From a virus (lineage: Duplodnaviria; Caudoviricetes): DNA of 64,000 nucleotides. Below, piece after piece: positions 49,946 to 59,492 of the stretch. A program made the translations under genes and the position numbers. The stretch's first letter is position 1; every line of letters begins with the position of its first letter. The notes under the pieces were generated by a model. The model had not been told where the DNA came from. It worked only from the letters and a program-made list of their open reading frames with translations, and did not search any database. The DNA lies in the IMG/VR virus record IMGVR_UViG_3300034052_000013, positions 1-64,000 of that record. One strand, 5' to 3'.

Positions 49946-50922
49946 AACTTAATAAAACCGTTATTAATCATCTCATAAGGTATAGAAAAGTCTCCTGTTA
50001 ACCTTTGTTTTTTAAAATCGTCATAGATTTCTCCAATACTTTTAAGAAGTCTTGTTGATGTTCTATGTTTCTTTCTCCAAGAGTAATAATCTAATTCATA
50101 AACAAAAGGTTGTTCAACATTCTGAAAAGAGCTTACTATAAATTTAAAAGGTAAGATAGTATAAGTTGGATAAAATTGTTTTGCCCAATACACCATACCT
50201 ATAGTATAAAGTTCACCTTGTAAATCGTATCTATATTTCATAACATTGTTATTAAAATAGATTGCTTTTTCTTCCATAGTTTTATAATCTGCAGGTTGAA
50301 TAGTTCTAGTTACATGGTCCACTTGTACTTGATCCAACATCACTTTAAATAAATCTTCTTCATGTTTAAATGAAAAAGCTAATTGATAATGATTTACTAA
50401 TTGATTAGGGACTTCTGTAAAATATTTAGCTGTATAACAATTACTCTTGACAAATGCAATCATATTCTTAATAGCAGCATCATCTTCTTGACTTAAACAA
50501 ATCTTATCTTTTTGAGCTACACTTTCTATAATATACGCATTTAAATCAGGTGTAAGTTTAGCTAATCGTTTAACAGGGTCTTTTATATTACTCCATAAAT
50601 TTAAAGTCTCAGATGCTTGTAAAAATATCTCCTCTGTTATAGGTTCTTGTGTTCGTTTAGCAAAATCAATTAAATAATTTGCTAAAGTTAAAGCAGATTC
50701 AGTTGGTACAGCAACTCTTGAAATGTAAAACTGTTGGTTATAAGCTTCTATACCATCATAAAGTAGAACATCAGCTGCACTCCCTTTTGAGAGTGCATTA
50801 GATGTTGTTGTATCATCTTTAAGCATATTTGCAGGGTCTGCATCAAATGCTTTTAAACGACTTGTATTTAAAGCGGGAGAGTTAAAATATTCTTCCCGAT
50901 TTTTAAAAATCTTTTCTATCAT
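49942..50922 (-). CDS. PD-(D/E)xK exonuclease (RecE/ExoVIII-like)
   Basis: KVMLDQV...ADYKT...YRYDLQGELY. Confidence 0.75.
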   Translation of the reverse strand: MIEKIFKNREEYFNSPALNTSRLKAFDADPANMLKDDTTTSNALSKGSAADVLLYDGIEAYNQQFYISRVAVPTESALTLANYLIDFAKRTQEPITEEIFLQASETLNLWSNIKDPVKRLAKLTPDLNAYIIESVAQKDKICLSQEDDAAIKNMIAFVKSNCYTAKYFTEVPNQLVNHYQLAFSFKHEEDLFKVMLDQVQVDHVTRTIQPADYKTMEEKAIYFNNNVMKYRYDLQGELYTIGMVYWAKQFYPTYTILPFKFIVSSFQNVEQPFVYELDYYSWRKKHRTSTRLLKSIGEIYDDFKKQRLTGDFSIPYEMINNGFIKL

Positions 50923-51583
50923 ATATATATTTTAATTCGTTTTGGTACTCTTTGTTTTTTAAAATTCGAGGGTCTTTTTCCTCGGTTATTATGAAAACAA
51001 GTTTTCTTTCTTCTGAACTGCTGACAGGAATAAATTTAGGAACAGGTGGTTGAGTAATAAATAAAATATTATCATCAGGTATCAACTGTTTACTTTTTCC
51101 TCTATCTCCTGTAAGACAATCTTGAAAAGCTTTTATGTAAGGGTAACTTCTATTATCACAATCCCATAAATTGTGACTAGAACTTTCTCTGATTGTATCA
51201 TGTATCTCACAAAAAATACAAATTGGAAATTTTGTAATAGGTTGAAGTTGTTCTACATAAGGTTTTAAATTTTCTTTTATTGCAGATAATAATTTACCTC
51301 TTTGATGTTTTCCTATTTCTTGATTATATATTTTTTGACCATTGATAGTAACATTTTTAGGTGTACCTGCAGATTTAGGATTAGCTACAACACGTTCTCC
51401 TGTTTCTAAATTGGTTAAGAATTTTTTATTATGTAACATAGGATACAATCTGTAGTCGTATTTAGTCCTATCTAAATATTTTTTTGCCTTAGGTGGTTTT
51501 TTCCCATATTCATAATATCTTATTCTTCTTGCTTTAGAGATATTAACTTCTCTAATGTATTGTGGTATTTCTATAGTTTGCAT
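50903..51583 (-). CDS. RusA-like Holliday junction resolvase
   Basis: WDCDN...IKAFQDCL...IPDDN pattern. Confidence 0.6.
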   Translation of the reverse strand: MQTIEIPQYIREVNISKARRIRYYEYGKKPPKAKKYLDRTKYDYRLYPMLHNKKFLTNLETGERVVANPKSAGTPKNVTINGQKIYNQEIGKHQRGKLLSAIKENLKPYVEQLQPITKFPICIFCEIHDTIRESSSHNLWDCDNRSYPYIKAFQDCLTGDRGKSKQLIPDDNILFITQPPVPKFIPVSSSEERKLVFIITEEKDPRILKNKEYQNELKYIYDRKDF

Positions 51584-51605
51584 ATTATATTTTTATAATA
51601 CACAG

Positions 51606-52577
51606 TTAATGAAGAAGCGTCTTAATAGCTTCGAGCATTTTGACAGGTCCTTTAAGTGCTAGATAATCAGCAGGGTCTTTAGCTCCAAAGTTTTTTGTTT
51701 TAAAACGTCCATTAGTTAGAAATAAAGGTTTAATTTTATATAATTTTTTCATCTTATTAGATGTTCGTATTCCTGTTAAGTCAAAATCATATAACGTATG
51801 TATAGTTTCAAATCGAGAACTTAATTCTTCATATAATTTGACATCTATAATTTGTGTTTCTGATTGAGGAGCTATAGCAGGGATATTAAAATTATACAAT
51901 ACCATAATATCTTTTAATGCTTTTGTTATTATTAATGTTTTTCCTGTTTGAGGTAATTGTTTTAGCCCTTGCACTACATTTGTATTGCATAAAAATCTTG
52001 CATTTTTTCTCTTTGGAAAATAAATTTTAAATTTATCTTCTTCAAATATATAAATATATGCAGGATCGTTTTTACTGTTTGTATAATGTAATTTACTATT
52101 TAACCAAATAAGGTTAATAGGGTATACATTGTAGTATTGTAAAAGCTCTTGGCTAATGTAAAATTTATTCCAATATTCTAAATCTTGTTTATCCCATTTC
52201 CGTGTTTGGTAATTAATAACTGATTTAGTTTGTATTAACTTTGTTATTGCTACTTTTTTGAAAGCTTTTTCATTTTCGTAATCAAGTAGTTCAAAGTCGT
52301 TTGCGATAATTAGTAAAGCTTCTTTAAAAGAAACGCTGTACATAAATTGAACTAATGCAAAACAGTTTCCTGAAAAGTGCCCAGAGAAATCTTTCATATG
52401 TAAATTTCCTGCATTAGTAATAAAGAATTTACATGTGGGATTTTTATCTATTCGTAAAGGTGAGCAAAAAGGTTTATTTAAGTCTACCTCTATACCAAGG
52501 TAAAAAGAGAAGATTTCCTCTTCGGAAACCCTCTCTTGTATCCACTTGTAAGTTATATCAGGTATAAACTTAAACAT
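51606..52577 (-). CDS. DNA primase (DnaG-like)
   Basis: N-terminal FCSPLRIDKNPTC; TOPRIM-like IITKALKD and LYDFDLTG. Confidence 0.8.
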   Translation of the reverse strand: MFKFIPDITYKWIQERVSEEEIFSFYLGIEVDLNKPFCSPLRIDKNPTCKFFITNAGNLHMKDFSGHFSGNCFALVQFMYSVSFKEALLIIANDFELLDYENEKAFKKVAITKLIQTKSVINYQTRKWDKQDLEYWNKFYISQELLQYYNVYPINLIWLNSKLHYTNSKNDPAYIYIFEEDKFKIYFPKRKNARFLCNTNVVQGLKQLPQTGKTLIITKALKDIMVLYNFNIPAIAPQSETQIIDVKLYEELSSRFETIHTLYDFDLTGIRTSNKMKKLYKIKPLFLTNGRFKTKNFGAKDPADYLALKGPVKMLEAIKTLLH

Positions 52578-52579
52578 CT

Positions 52580-53227
52580 CTAAAATGGTAAATCGTCCAT
52601 TGCAGGTTGAGGTGGTATTCCAGCTAAATTAAACGCTTGCTCAGGTGCTGAGTTTGTGCTTAAATTAACTGCTGGTGTTTGTGATACAGGCATTGGAATA
52701 GTTCTCTCATAGAAAAGCCCTGTTTTAGGATTTACTTTTAGATTCAACCGTAATACCCTATTTGGAGTTTTATCTGTTACAATAAAATCAGGGAATAGTG
52801 GGAATGTGTTCATATCCTTATTATTCAATACGATTTTTAATTTGCACGGATAATTTAATGCAAATTTTGTAAGAGCTTTCATAATATTAGTTCCAAACTC
52901 TACCCAATTTTTACCTTGTACTTTTAACACAACATCTTCATCCATATAAGCTGCTAAAATGTGTTTTATTTGTGCAATTGTTCTTTTAACAGTGTCTACT
53001 GAATAATATTGGTCAGTATCATTAAAAGTATTTTCCCAAATAATAAAAGTAAAATCTCCTTGATTAGAAGGGTCTGTACCTTTAAATATTAGACTTAAAT
53101 CTTTTGTAGGATTACCATCTTTATCTTTTCTAAATTCTACATTTGATAACACAGCTGCGATATTCACACCTGCAGTTAAAGGTTTGTAACCTGAACTTTC
53201 TGCATCTACGTCTTGTAAATTAAACAT
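52580..53227 (-). CDS. putative single-stranded DNA-binding protein
   Basis: Acidic C-terminal MDDLPF tail; lies between the AAA ATPase and primase. Confidence 0.6.
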   Translation of the reverse strand: MFNLQDVDAESSGYKPLTAGVNIAAVLSNVEFRKDKDGNPTKDLSLIFKGTDPSNQGDFTFIIWENTFNDTDQYYSVDTVKRTIAQIKHILAAYMDEDVVLKVQGKNWVEFGTNIMKALTKFALNYPCKLKIVLNNKDMNTFPLFPDFIVTDKTPNRVLRLNLKVNPKTGLFYERTIPMPVSQTPAVNLSTNSAPEQAFNLAGIPPQPAMDDLPF

Positions 53228-53250
53228 AATTTTAAATTTTTAAATTGTTA

Positions 53251-54009
53251 CTATTTTAAATATATTTGACTCCAATCAATGGTTAAATTTTCATTTTCAT
53301 CAGATTCAATTATGCAAAACTCTTTGTTTTTTAAATGTAAACAACGAGAACCACATACAACATCTTCTGAGGTTGTGAAATTTAATATTGTTTTGTTGTC
53401 TTTTCTGTACAGATATGCGATTGCATCTACATCTGCACAAAGTATGTTGGAGATTTTACCTGTTAAATCTAACTCTTTAGATGAAACTTCTTCTCCTTTT
53501 TTATCAATTAATTTGTCAGCTAAATGCCCAACAAAAATGATATTGTCTGCTAGACTTTTGATGTAGGTAATTAAATTGAAAAATGCTTGTCTTAAATATA
53601 AGTAACCTGCTCCTTTAGGCAACTCTCTAACATCTGTACCTACCCAATTAACTCCCATAGGAGATTGTTTGTAAAGGTCAGCTGCATAAGGTAAACAATA
53701 TTCTTCTAATTTAGTTACAGTGTCTACAATAATCCCTTTATAAGGTTTATTGGCTTTAAGAATAGCTGTACCAATTTCTGCTATGCAAACTTGTACACTT
53801 TTCTTTTCTTGTGACATCATTTTAACGACATCAATTCTAACAGCTTCAACAAAATCTGTACCTCCTGGTTCAAGTGATAATAAAAGCCAACCATGTTTTG
53901 TTGTAAGTTCAGCTACAGCTGTTGTTTTACCTGTTTTAGGTTTGGCAAATATTATTAAACTTTGAGGATTTTGTCTTTGTACTGGTGTTACTTTAGTTGG
54001 TAATTCCAT
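53251..54009 (-). CDS. AAA ATPase (Sak4-like annealase)
   Basis: Walker A AKPKTGKT, Walker B IIVDT, IIFVGH. Confidence 0.75.
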   Translation of the reverse strand: MELPTKVTPVQRQNPQSLIIFAKPKTGKTTAVAELTTKHGWLLLSLEPGGTDFVEAVRIDVVKMMSQEKKSVQVCIAEIGTAILKANKPYKGIIVDTVTKLEEYCLPYAADLYKQSPMGVNWVGTDVRELPKGAGYLYLRQAFFNLITYIKSLADNIIFVGHLADKLIDKKGEEVSSKELDLTGKISNILCADVDAIAYLYRKDNKTILNFTTSEDVVCGSRCLHLKNKEFCIIESDENENLTIDWSQIYLK

Positions 54010-54012
54010 AAT

Positions 54013-54301
54013 TTATTTTTTAAGGTTAAAACTACATTCTCCTCGTAATCGAAATTCGGTTACAAGTTCATAGAATATTTCTTTGGACATCTCTTCAAAA
54101 TCAAAACGATGAAGATTATTCCACATTGGTATTGTTAAATCAGACTCTCCTGATCGTTGTTTTAATAATTCAAAATAAGCCATTTGCATATAGTTATCAG
54201 GCCCCATTTTAACCTTTACAGGGTAATTTTGAGATGTGTAAGATGTGATACCTAATTTTGCAGGGATATGATTTATTATTATGTAGTCACAACAGTGTTC
54301 T
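54013..54301 (-). CDS. dnaB: DnaB helicase, exon 2
   Basis: Reads (I)EHCCDYIIINH...FELLKQRSG. It completes the SSIEH..D motif and supplies the K.R.G arginine finger; the track's 54013-54207 ORF is its tail. Confidence 0.85.
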
Positions 54302-54616
54302 CAGTTTTGTTATCTCTAAGGCTCTTTATCCCTAGATTCTGCAATTTCATTTCATTATAGTTGCAGCTCAGACTATATCATCATCTTACGGACTGTAAGA
54401 TGTCGGATGTTCGTGGATATGTTATATTCTAATAAGAGGACTCTCTCCGGTGAGTAATTTAAGCTTGAGTACGTGAATACAGAGCTCCTATTTAGTAGTT
54501 TCAATATCTAGTCGTTGAACCCGCCAAGAGCATTTAACTCTTGGATAGGCTGCTGATTATCTATCTCTAGGTTTTCCAGCAATTTATCCGATTTAACGAG
54601 TACTTAATTTGTACAA
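54302..54616 (-). ncRNA. group I intron (IA-like, 315 nt, no ORF)
   Basis: P AAATTGCTGGAAA, Q AATCAGCAG, R GTTCAACGACTAG, S GATGATATAGTCT. P1 pairs exon CGAGTAT with IGS GTACTCG including the U.G pair; terminal G; splicing restores the frame (S-S-I-E-H). Confidence 0.9.
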
Positions 54617-55383
54617 ATACTCGAGGCTCCAAACAAGTCTGAACAAGATGGACGATGTAAATCTGAAACTTTAATTCTTTCTTTATCTCTAATATCTCTA
54701 TTCATTTGAGATAAAACAATTCCGATAGAATTTCCACCATCAGCTACAATCTTTTTCTTAAATTGTATTAAACTGTACATCAATTCATCTATTCTTTCTT
54801 TTTCTGAAGAACCTTGTCTACCTTTAGTTAAAAGAGCATGGTCAATTTCATATACAAGAACTTTATTGTAAGGTTTACATTCTGTTTCATAGTAATGCCA
54901 CAAACTATCAACAATAGTTTGAGCTGTACCTGGAACTTCAATAAACCATACATTATCTTTTTCTGACATTTTCTTATAATGTTTTTTTAACTCCTCATAA
55001 TCTTGTTCACTTAAAGGTTCATCAACAGAGTAAAGTTTTTTTAAACTTATATTTGCTTCAGTTACAATTGCTCTTGCCACCTCTTGATGAGATAACATTT
55101 CAAAATTGAAAATGTACTGGTTAAAATCTACATCTTTGTTTAATTCACATAAAGATTCTCTTATGCATTTTGCAATAGTAGATTTACCTGCACCAGAAAG
55201 TGCTGATATACAAGTTATCGTATTAAGCTCTACTCCACCCATAAGGTAGCTGTTTAATCTTGTAAACTTTGTTTCAAGTGATTTAATTAAACCTAATTTT
55301 CTATCTGTAACATATTTAAAATTTTGTACAGTTGCATCTCTTATAGAGACTTTAGGTGAAATTATATTAACCGAGCTTGACAT
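54617..55383 (-). CDS. dnaB: DnaB helicase, exon 1 (spliced product 351 aa)
   Basis: ALSGAGKS Walker A, FNFEM, EIDHALL, LSQMNR, SDLFGASS. Confidence 0.9.
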
Positions 55384-55960
55384 CTGAAATACTTTTAGGA
55401 TTAAATTTTGAACGTTGGTCTCTGATAAATAGCCAATACCTAGAAGCTACAAATTGCTTTAAACCAACTGGTAACATATTGTTTTTTACAGCCCATTGTA
55501 AATCATCAAGAACCTTTTCATGTTCTTCAGATTTTTTACCGATAGCTTTTAAATAATCTTTTGCAATTTCTTCAGCAGAAGCTGTTTTTGCAAAGAATTC
55601 AAAATTATCTTTTACAATTCTGTAGGGATATGCTTCCCACAATTGGGATGGCAAACCTGTCACTTGAAGTACAAACTTTTTCAAGTATTTAGGATTGATT
55701 TCAAAAGAGTCATAATACAACTGCCCTTTTACATTATAATCAATAATAATTTCTCTTTTAAGTAAATCTTCAAGCTCTTCATGCGAAAGTGGACAAAGTG
55801 TTTGATATTCAAGTGCCATCGCAGCACTATATCGTGTCCATTCCGAATCTGTTAGAGAATAATCTCTTGCTAACATTTTTATAAACATTAATTGTTTAGG
55901 TGTTAGTTTCAATTCTCTTAACAGTGTTAAATCTTCTTTTACAGTAAATAACATAGTCAA
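55367..55960 (-). CDS. hypothetical replication protein (possible helicase loader/initiator)
   Basis: Lies between the two helicases; LWEAYP motif as seen in phage replication organisers; function inferred. Confidence 0.4.
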   Translation of the reverse strand: MTMLFTVKEDLTLLRELKLTPKQLMFIKMLARDYSLTDSEWTRYSAAMALEYQTLCPLSHEELEDLLKREIIIDYNVKGQLYYDSFEINPKYLKKFVLQVTGLPSQLWEAYPYRIVKDNFEFFAKTASAEEIAKDYLKAIGKKSEEHEKVLDDLQWAVKNNMLPVGLKQFVASRYWLFIRDQRSKFNPKSISDVKLG

Positions 55961-56017
55961 TATGTGTTAAATGAATAATAAATACTATAAAAGAGTTTTG
56001 TTCGTACAAAGTTGACA

Positions 56018-57124
56018 TTACATTTCTGTATTCCTGTCTTTCAAGATAGTTTGTAACATATCTTTAAGTTCTTGAAAATCGTCAACCCAATAAACATCAG
56101 CTTCACAGTCTTTCTGACATTTTCTTAATTTTTGTTCATCTCTAGAATTTGGTACACTCCAATCTGGCACATACAAGTTTATATAAACTTTAGGGATAGG
56201 TTTACCATCTCTTAAAGAGATTCTTCCTATTCTTCCTCTTTTTTGTGTGTGTGTTGCAGGGTTTTCTGAACGTGACCCGTCAATACCTAGTTGAACATCA
56301 GGTACATCTACACCCTGGTCTAATGCTTTTGCAGATAAAAGTACTCTTACTTTTCCTTCAACAAAATCTTTTAAATTTTGTTTTGCTAAAGTTGAACCAG
56401 ATGTTGATTTAAACTCTGACCATGTTATTATAATTGTAGGTGATTTCTTTAATTTATACGGGATGTTTTTACTATTTAATTTTCGCTTAAATTTTTCAGC
56501 AGCAAGTATAGTTTTAAAAACTTTAGATTTTTCAATCGGTATAAGTTTTGATTCCATATTTGAGTGGTAAGCGACAGCTGTATCCCCTAATTGTTTTTGT
56601 AATTCATCTACAAATTGTGTGGATTGAGAAAAAGTGATTGTACGTACATTAAACTCTTTTATAAGTTCAATAGCGACTCCAATCTTATGCTGAGTATTAT
56701 CAAGAAAGTCTTTCCTTTTTCTTATTAAACGCAACCCATTTGTTGCCCATTTAATAACTTCAGGTGGCTCTATTCCTAATATTAAAGCATATCTTGCAGC
56801 GTTTCTCCTATCCATACAAGATAACATATTGTTAAAATCCCCAAATCTAGACATATAATATCTAATTTGTTTTCCTAAATTAACTTGTTCATTAGCCTCT
56901 TTTGGGGTTATTGGTACGGCTAAGTTAAACTGAATAAAATCAGAGACCCAACCATTTAATATTGCTTCTTTTTGTGTGACTGTATCACAAATAGGAGCAT
57001 AGTGTTCTAATAAAGCATGTTTACCATCTAATCTCTCTAGAGTAGCTGTTAAACATAATAACCAAGAATATGTAACTTTTCTGAACACTTGAGAAAAGAC
57101 AGGGGCAGCGTATAAATGAACTTC
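56018..57124 (-). CDS. SF2 (DExH) helicase, exon 2
   Basis: EVHLY, LTAT (motif III), TITFS (IV), LDQGVDVP (V), QKRGRIGR (VI). Confidence 0.88.
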   Translation of the reverse strand, partial: EVHLYAAPVFSQVFRKVTYSWLLCLTATLERLDGKHALLEHYAPICDTVTQKEAILNGWVSDFIQFNLAVPITPKEANEQVNLGKQIRYYMSRFGDFNNMLSCMDRRNAARYALILGIEPPEVIKWATNGLRLIRKRKDFLDNTQHKIGVAIELIKEFNVRTITFSQSTQFVDELQKQLGDTAVAYHSNMESKLIPIEKSKVFKTILAAEKFKRKLNSKNIPYKLKKSPTIIITWSEFKSTSGSTLAKQNLKDFVEGKVRVLLSAKALDQGVDVPDVQLGIDGSRSENPATHTQKRGRIGRISLRDGKPIPKVYINLYVPDWSVPNSRDEQKLRKCQKDCEADVYWVDDFQELKDMLQTILKDRNTEM

Positions 57125-57169
57125 CGTATACCTAATATCTTTCAATATTAGCCCGACTATATCTTAATT

Positions 57170-58111
57170 TTATTTTGTTATATAATATACTTTTAAAACA
57201 GGAGTTTTGTTTTGCAAACAATTTTTTAATTGTTTAGCATTTAAATTCAAAAACTCTTTTGCTTCTTTATAATTTTTTAATATTTTACACGTCTTATTTG
57301 TTCTTAAAGATTTTAATAAAATAGTATTAGAACTATTTTTAGCTTCTTTTAAATCAGTCAGGCACATGCTCCAGTAGTAGTTATGCCACAAAGTTTTATT
57401 TTTAACAGCATTATCAAGACCATCACCATTAGACCTAGCATTTTTTAACATTTTGTTTAAAACACTGGCTTTTGTGGGAAAAATTTGAATAAGTTTTTTT
57501 GTTTTATTATAACAATAGTACTTATTAGAATAACACCTTTCAAAAGTTTTTTTATTTGTATAATTTTTATAATTTTCACTATTATAATAATCTAAAGTAA
57601 CCCAAGAATAACCATAAGCAGTTCTTCTTTTTTTATTTAAAATATTACTGATAGAGGTGTGATGTTTTATTGACAAGCTCTCTGCAGCTTCTGTTATAGA
57701 ATTGTATATCTTAATTAAATTAAGTTTTTTATCTAATTGTACAACAGATATTTTGTGAGCATCTATACTAGCTTGTAGTCCTGTAACATTTCTTCTGTTC
57801 TTTAACATCACTCCTTCTCCACCTTCTTGTATATTTAATAGTGAAAAACCCCAAGTCTTAAACTGAGAAATCCAATATTTTTCAGTTAGACTCCATACAT
57901 CTTCTTCTACAGTTTCTAATAATCTGATAAGTATTTGATTATTATTTTTAAGATTTTTATACATCCATTTTGAAACTTTTGTAGACTTATTATGCAAAGC
58001 ATTATACTTATGTTGTGCAAACCTTATTTGTAAATTATTAACAGTAACTCCTACATAACGAATGTTATTAGGTTCTACATTTGAACTTAGTGTGTAAATA
58101 TTATATAACAT
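57170..58111 (-). CDS. intron-encoded GIY-YIG homing endonuclease with NUMOD1-like repeats
   Basis: NIY...RYVGVT...RFAQH; later VVQLDKKLNLIKIYNSITEAA; very Lys/Asn-rich. Confidence 0.88.
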   Translation of the reverse strand: MLYNIYTLSSNVEPNNIRYVGVTVNNLQIRFAQHKYNALHNKSTKVSKWMYKNLKNNNQILIRLLETVEEDVWSLTEKYWISQFKTWGFSLLNIQEGGEGVMLKNRRNVTGLQASIDAHKISVVQLDKKLNLIKIYNSITEAAESLSIKHHTSISNILNKKRRTAYGYSWVTLDYYNSENYKNYTNKKTFERCYSNKYYCYNKTKKLIQIFPTKASVLNKMLKNARSNGDGLDNAVKNKTLWHNYYWSMCLTDLKEAKNSSNTILLKSLRTNKTCKILKNYKEAKEFLNLNAKQLKNCLQNKTPVLKVYYITK

Positions 58112-58130
58112 ATTTTTGTATTAAACAACA

Positions 58131-58138
58131 CAAAGATA
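58131..58138 (-). promoter_or_regulatory. intron-internal -7 promoter TATCTTTG
   Basis: Consensus match 19 nt upstream of the endonuclease ATG. Confidence 0.65.
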
Positions 58139-58377
58139 CATAAAATTTCTACCATTTCCATTAAAAAGCGTCGGCTTTTTATGTACTTCCTTTCGGAATA
58201 GTCTGTGAACCTTACTCTAAAAAGAGTCTTGGCTGCGGATTGTCTAATCTTTTTATTTTTTACTATACTGAGGTAATTATTCTCACCATATTTATATCAC
58301 TATAAATACTTAGTATAAAAAGCTCTAAAGAGTTTCCCGTCAATTAGATAGATTTAGACTCGACAAAATTTTCACCT

Positions 58378-58734
58378 ATCGAGTATGAGTAAATCAACTT
58401 GGTATAATTTACTCTTTAGTGCAACAGTATTAATAACTAATACACTAACATTTTTAAAACCTCCTTTTTTTATATTATTTTCCCACTGCTCTTTTAATGA
58501 AGTAGTTGGTACTACAATTAGAACAGTTCCCTTAAAATTCATTTTAGTAAGATCCTTTTTAAAGAATTTTGCTAATACTAGTAAAGCACAAGCACTTTTA
58601 CCAAAGCCAGTAGCCATTTGTAAAGTACCTCTACCTCTTGTTTTAACCCATCGTACAACAGCTCTTAATTGTCTTCTATATCTTAGAATATCAAAATTAG
58701 GATGGGTTGTGTCAAAACCAATCATAGTCTTCAT
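58378..58734 (-). CDS. SF2 helicase, exon 1 (spliced product 487 aa)
   Basis: MATGFGKS Walker A, LIVVPT (Ia), ends VDLLILD. Confidence 0.88.
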
Positions 58735-59159
58735 CAGACTAATTTTTTAAATTTTGAAACTAATCTAAAAGTCAATTTTAATAATCTGTTTTGCTCTTCT
58801 GATTTTTCATCATAAGTTTGTAACATTTCTTCTGTTGATTTATTAGGTTTAGGTATTTCATCTATACTGTAATAGACAGGAATACCTGCTTCATTAGCTT
58901 TTTTAACTTCTAAATCAGCACCTTTAGACTTTCCTGGTAATCTTAGAAGACCATCACAACAAATTAACCATTGTAAATCCCATTCCATCCACTGTTCCCA
59001 AGACATTGGGTGGACTAAGTGTTGAAAACCACTCCAAAGAGGGGCAAATGGGGTATAGCCTTTGTCAATTAATAATTTAAAAGTGTCTAATTGTATACGG
59101 ATATTTTCTAAATTGTCTCCGTTTGTATAGGGAGAGGCGATGTATATTCGTTTCTTCAT
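58734..59159 (-). CDS. nucleoside 2-deoxyribosyltransferase-like (DUF1937/DUF4406-type) protein
   Basis: IYIASPY...CDGLLRLPGKSKGADLE; ATG 59159 overlaps the upstream TGA. Confidence 0.65.
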   Translation of the reverse strand: MKKRIYIASPYTNGDNLENIRIQLDTFKLLIDKGYTPFAPLWSGFQHLVHPMSWEQWMEWDLQWLICCDGLLRLPGKSKGADLEVKKANEAGIPVYYSIDEIPKPNKSTEEMLQTYDEKSEEQNRLLKLTFRLVSKFKKLV

Positions 59160-59434
59160 ACATATAAAGTTTTTGGAGAGCAACCTAAGTAATAATTTAT
59201 TCTTAATTTACGTCTCATAGGTTTACTTAATTTATATTCTTTAGAAATATTTTCTAAAATTTCATCAGCAAGTGCATCTGTTATCTCATATTTCATAAAA
59301 TCTATAACTTTTTCGCCCCTTTCATTTATAGTAGCATTTTCTACTAATTCATCAAAGTCTGCTGAAGGTGTTGCTTTTGCATAAGCTTCTTTATAAGCAG
59401 CTAATAAAGCGTCTTCAAATGTTGGTTTTTTCAT
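59156..59434 (-). CDS. hypothetical protein
   Basis: 92-aa ORF coupled to the downstream gene. Confidence 0.6.
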   Translation of the reverse strand: MKKPTFEDALLAAYKEAYAKATPSADFDELVENATINERGEKVIDFMKYEITDALADEILENISKEYKLSKPMRRKLRINYYLGCSPKTLYV

Positions 59435-59451
59435 AAGTTTTTGATTAAGGT

Positions 59452-59486
59452 AAAAATTACCTTGAGTATTTTACTACTCAAGGTAA
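59452..59486 (-). terminator. intrinsic terminator after the phosphoesterase gene
   Basis: 12-bp perfect stem TTACCTTGAGTA/TACTCAAGGTAA followed by TTTTT on the - strand. Confidence 0.75.
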
Positions 59487-59492
59487 GATTGA

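Larger units (their letters stand above)
57125..58377 (-). ncRNA. group I intron (IA-like, 1253 nt) carrying a homing endonuclease in P8
   Basis: P AATTGACGGGAAAC, Q AATCCGCAGCC, R GTTCACAGACTA, S AAGATATAGTC. P1 ACTCGAT/GTCGAGT with U.G pair; terminal G at 57125; splicing yields LILD|EVH. Confidence 0.92.

Noticed and set aside
1278-53965. Antisense or alternate-frame ORFs in the track (e.g. 1278-1478, 5976-6158, 8548-8985, 11112-11432, 12973-13212, 26382-26621, 27921-28145, 44025-44339, 47366-47557, 53279-53566, 53750-53965, 58385-58750, 60094-60306)
   Set aside because: They lie within well-supported genes, have shadow-like composition and show no motifs.
54013-54207. 64-aa stand-alone ORF
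   Set aside because: It is the distal part of dnaB exon 2.
57125-57145. Start MKDIRYT of the 375-aa helicase ORF
   Set aside because: These codons are intron P9/3' sequence; the true exon begins at GAA 57124.
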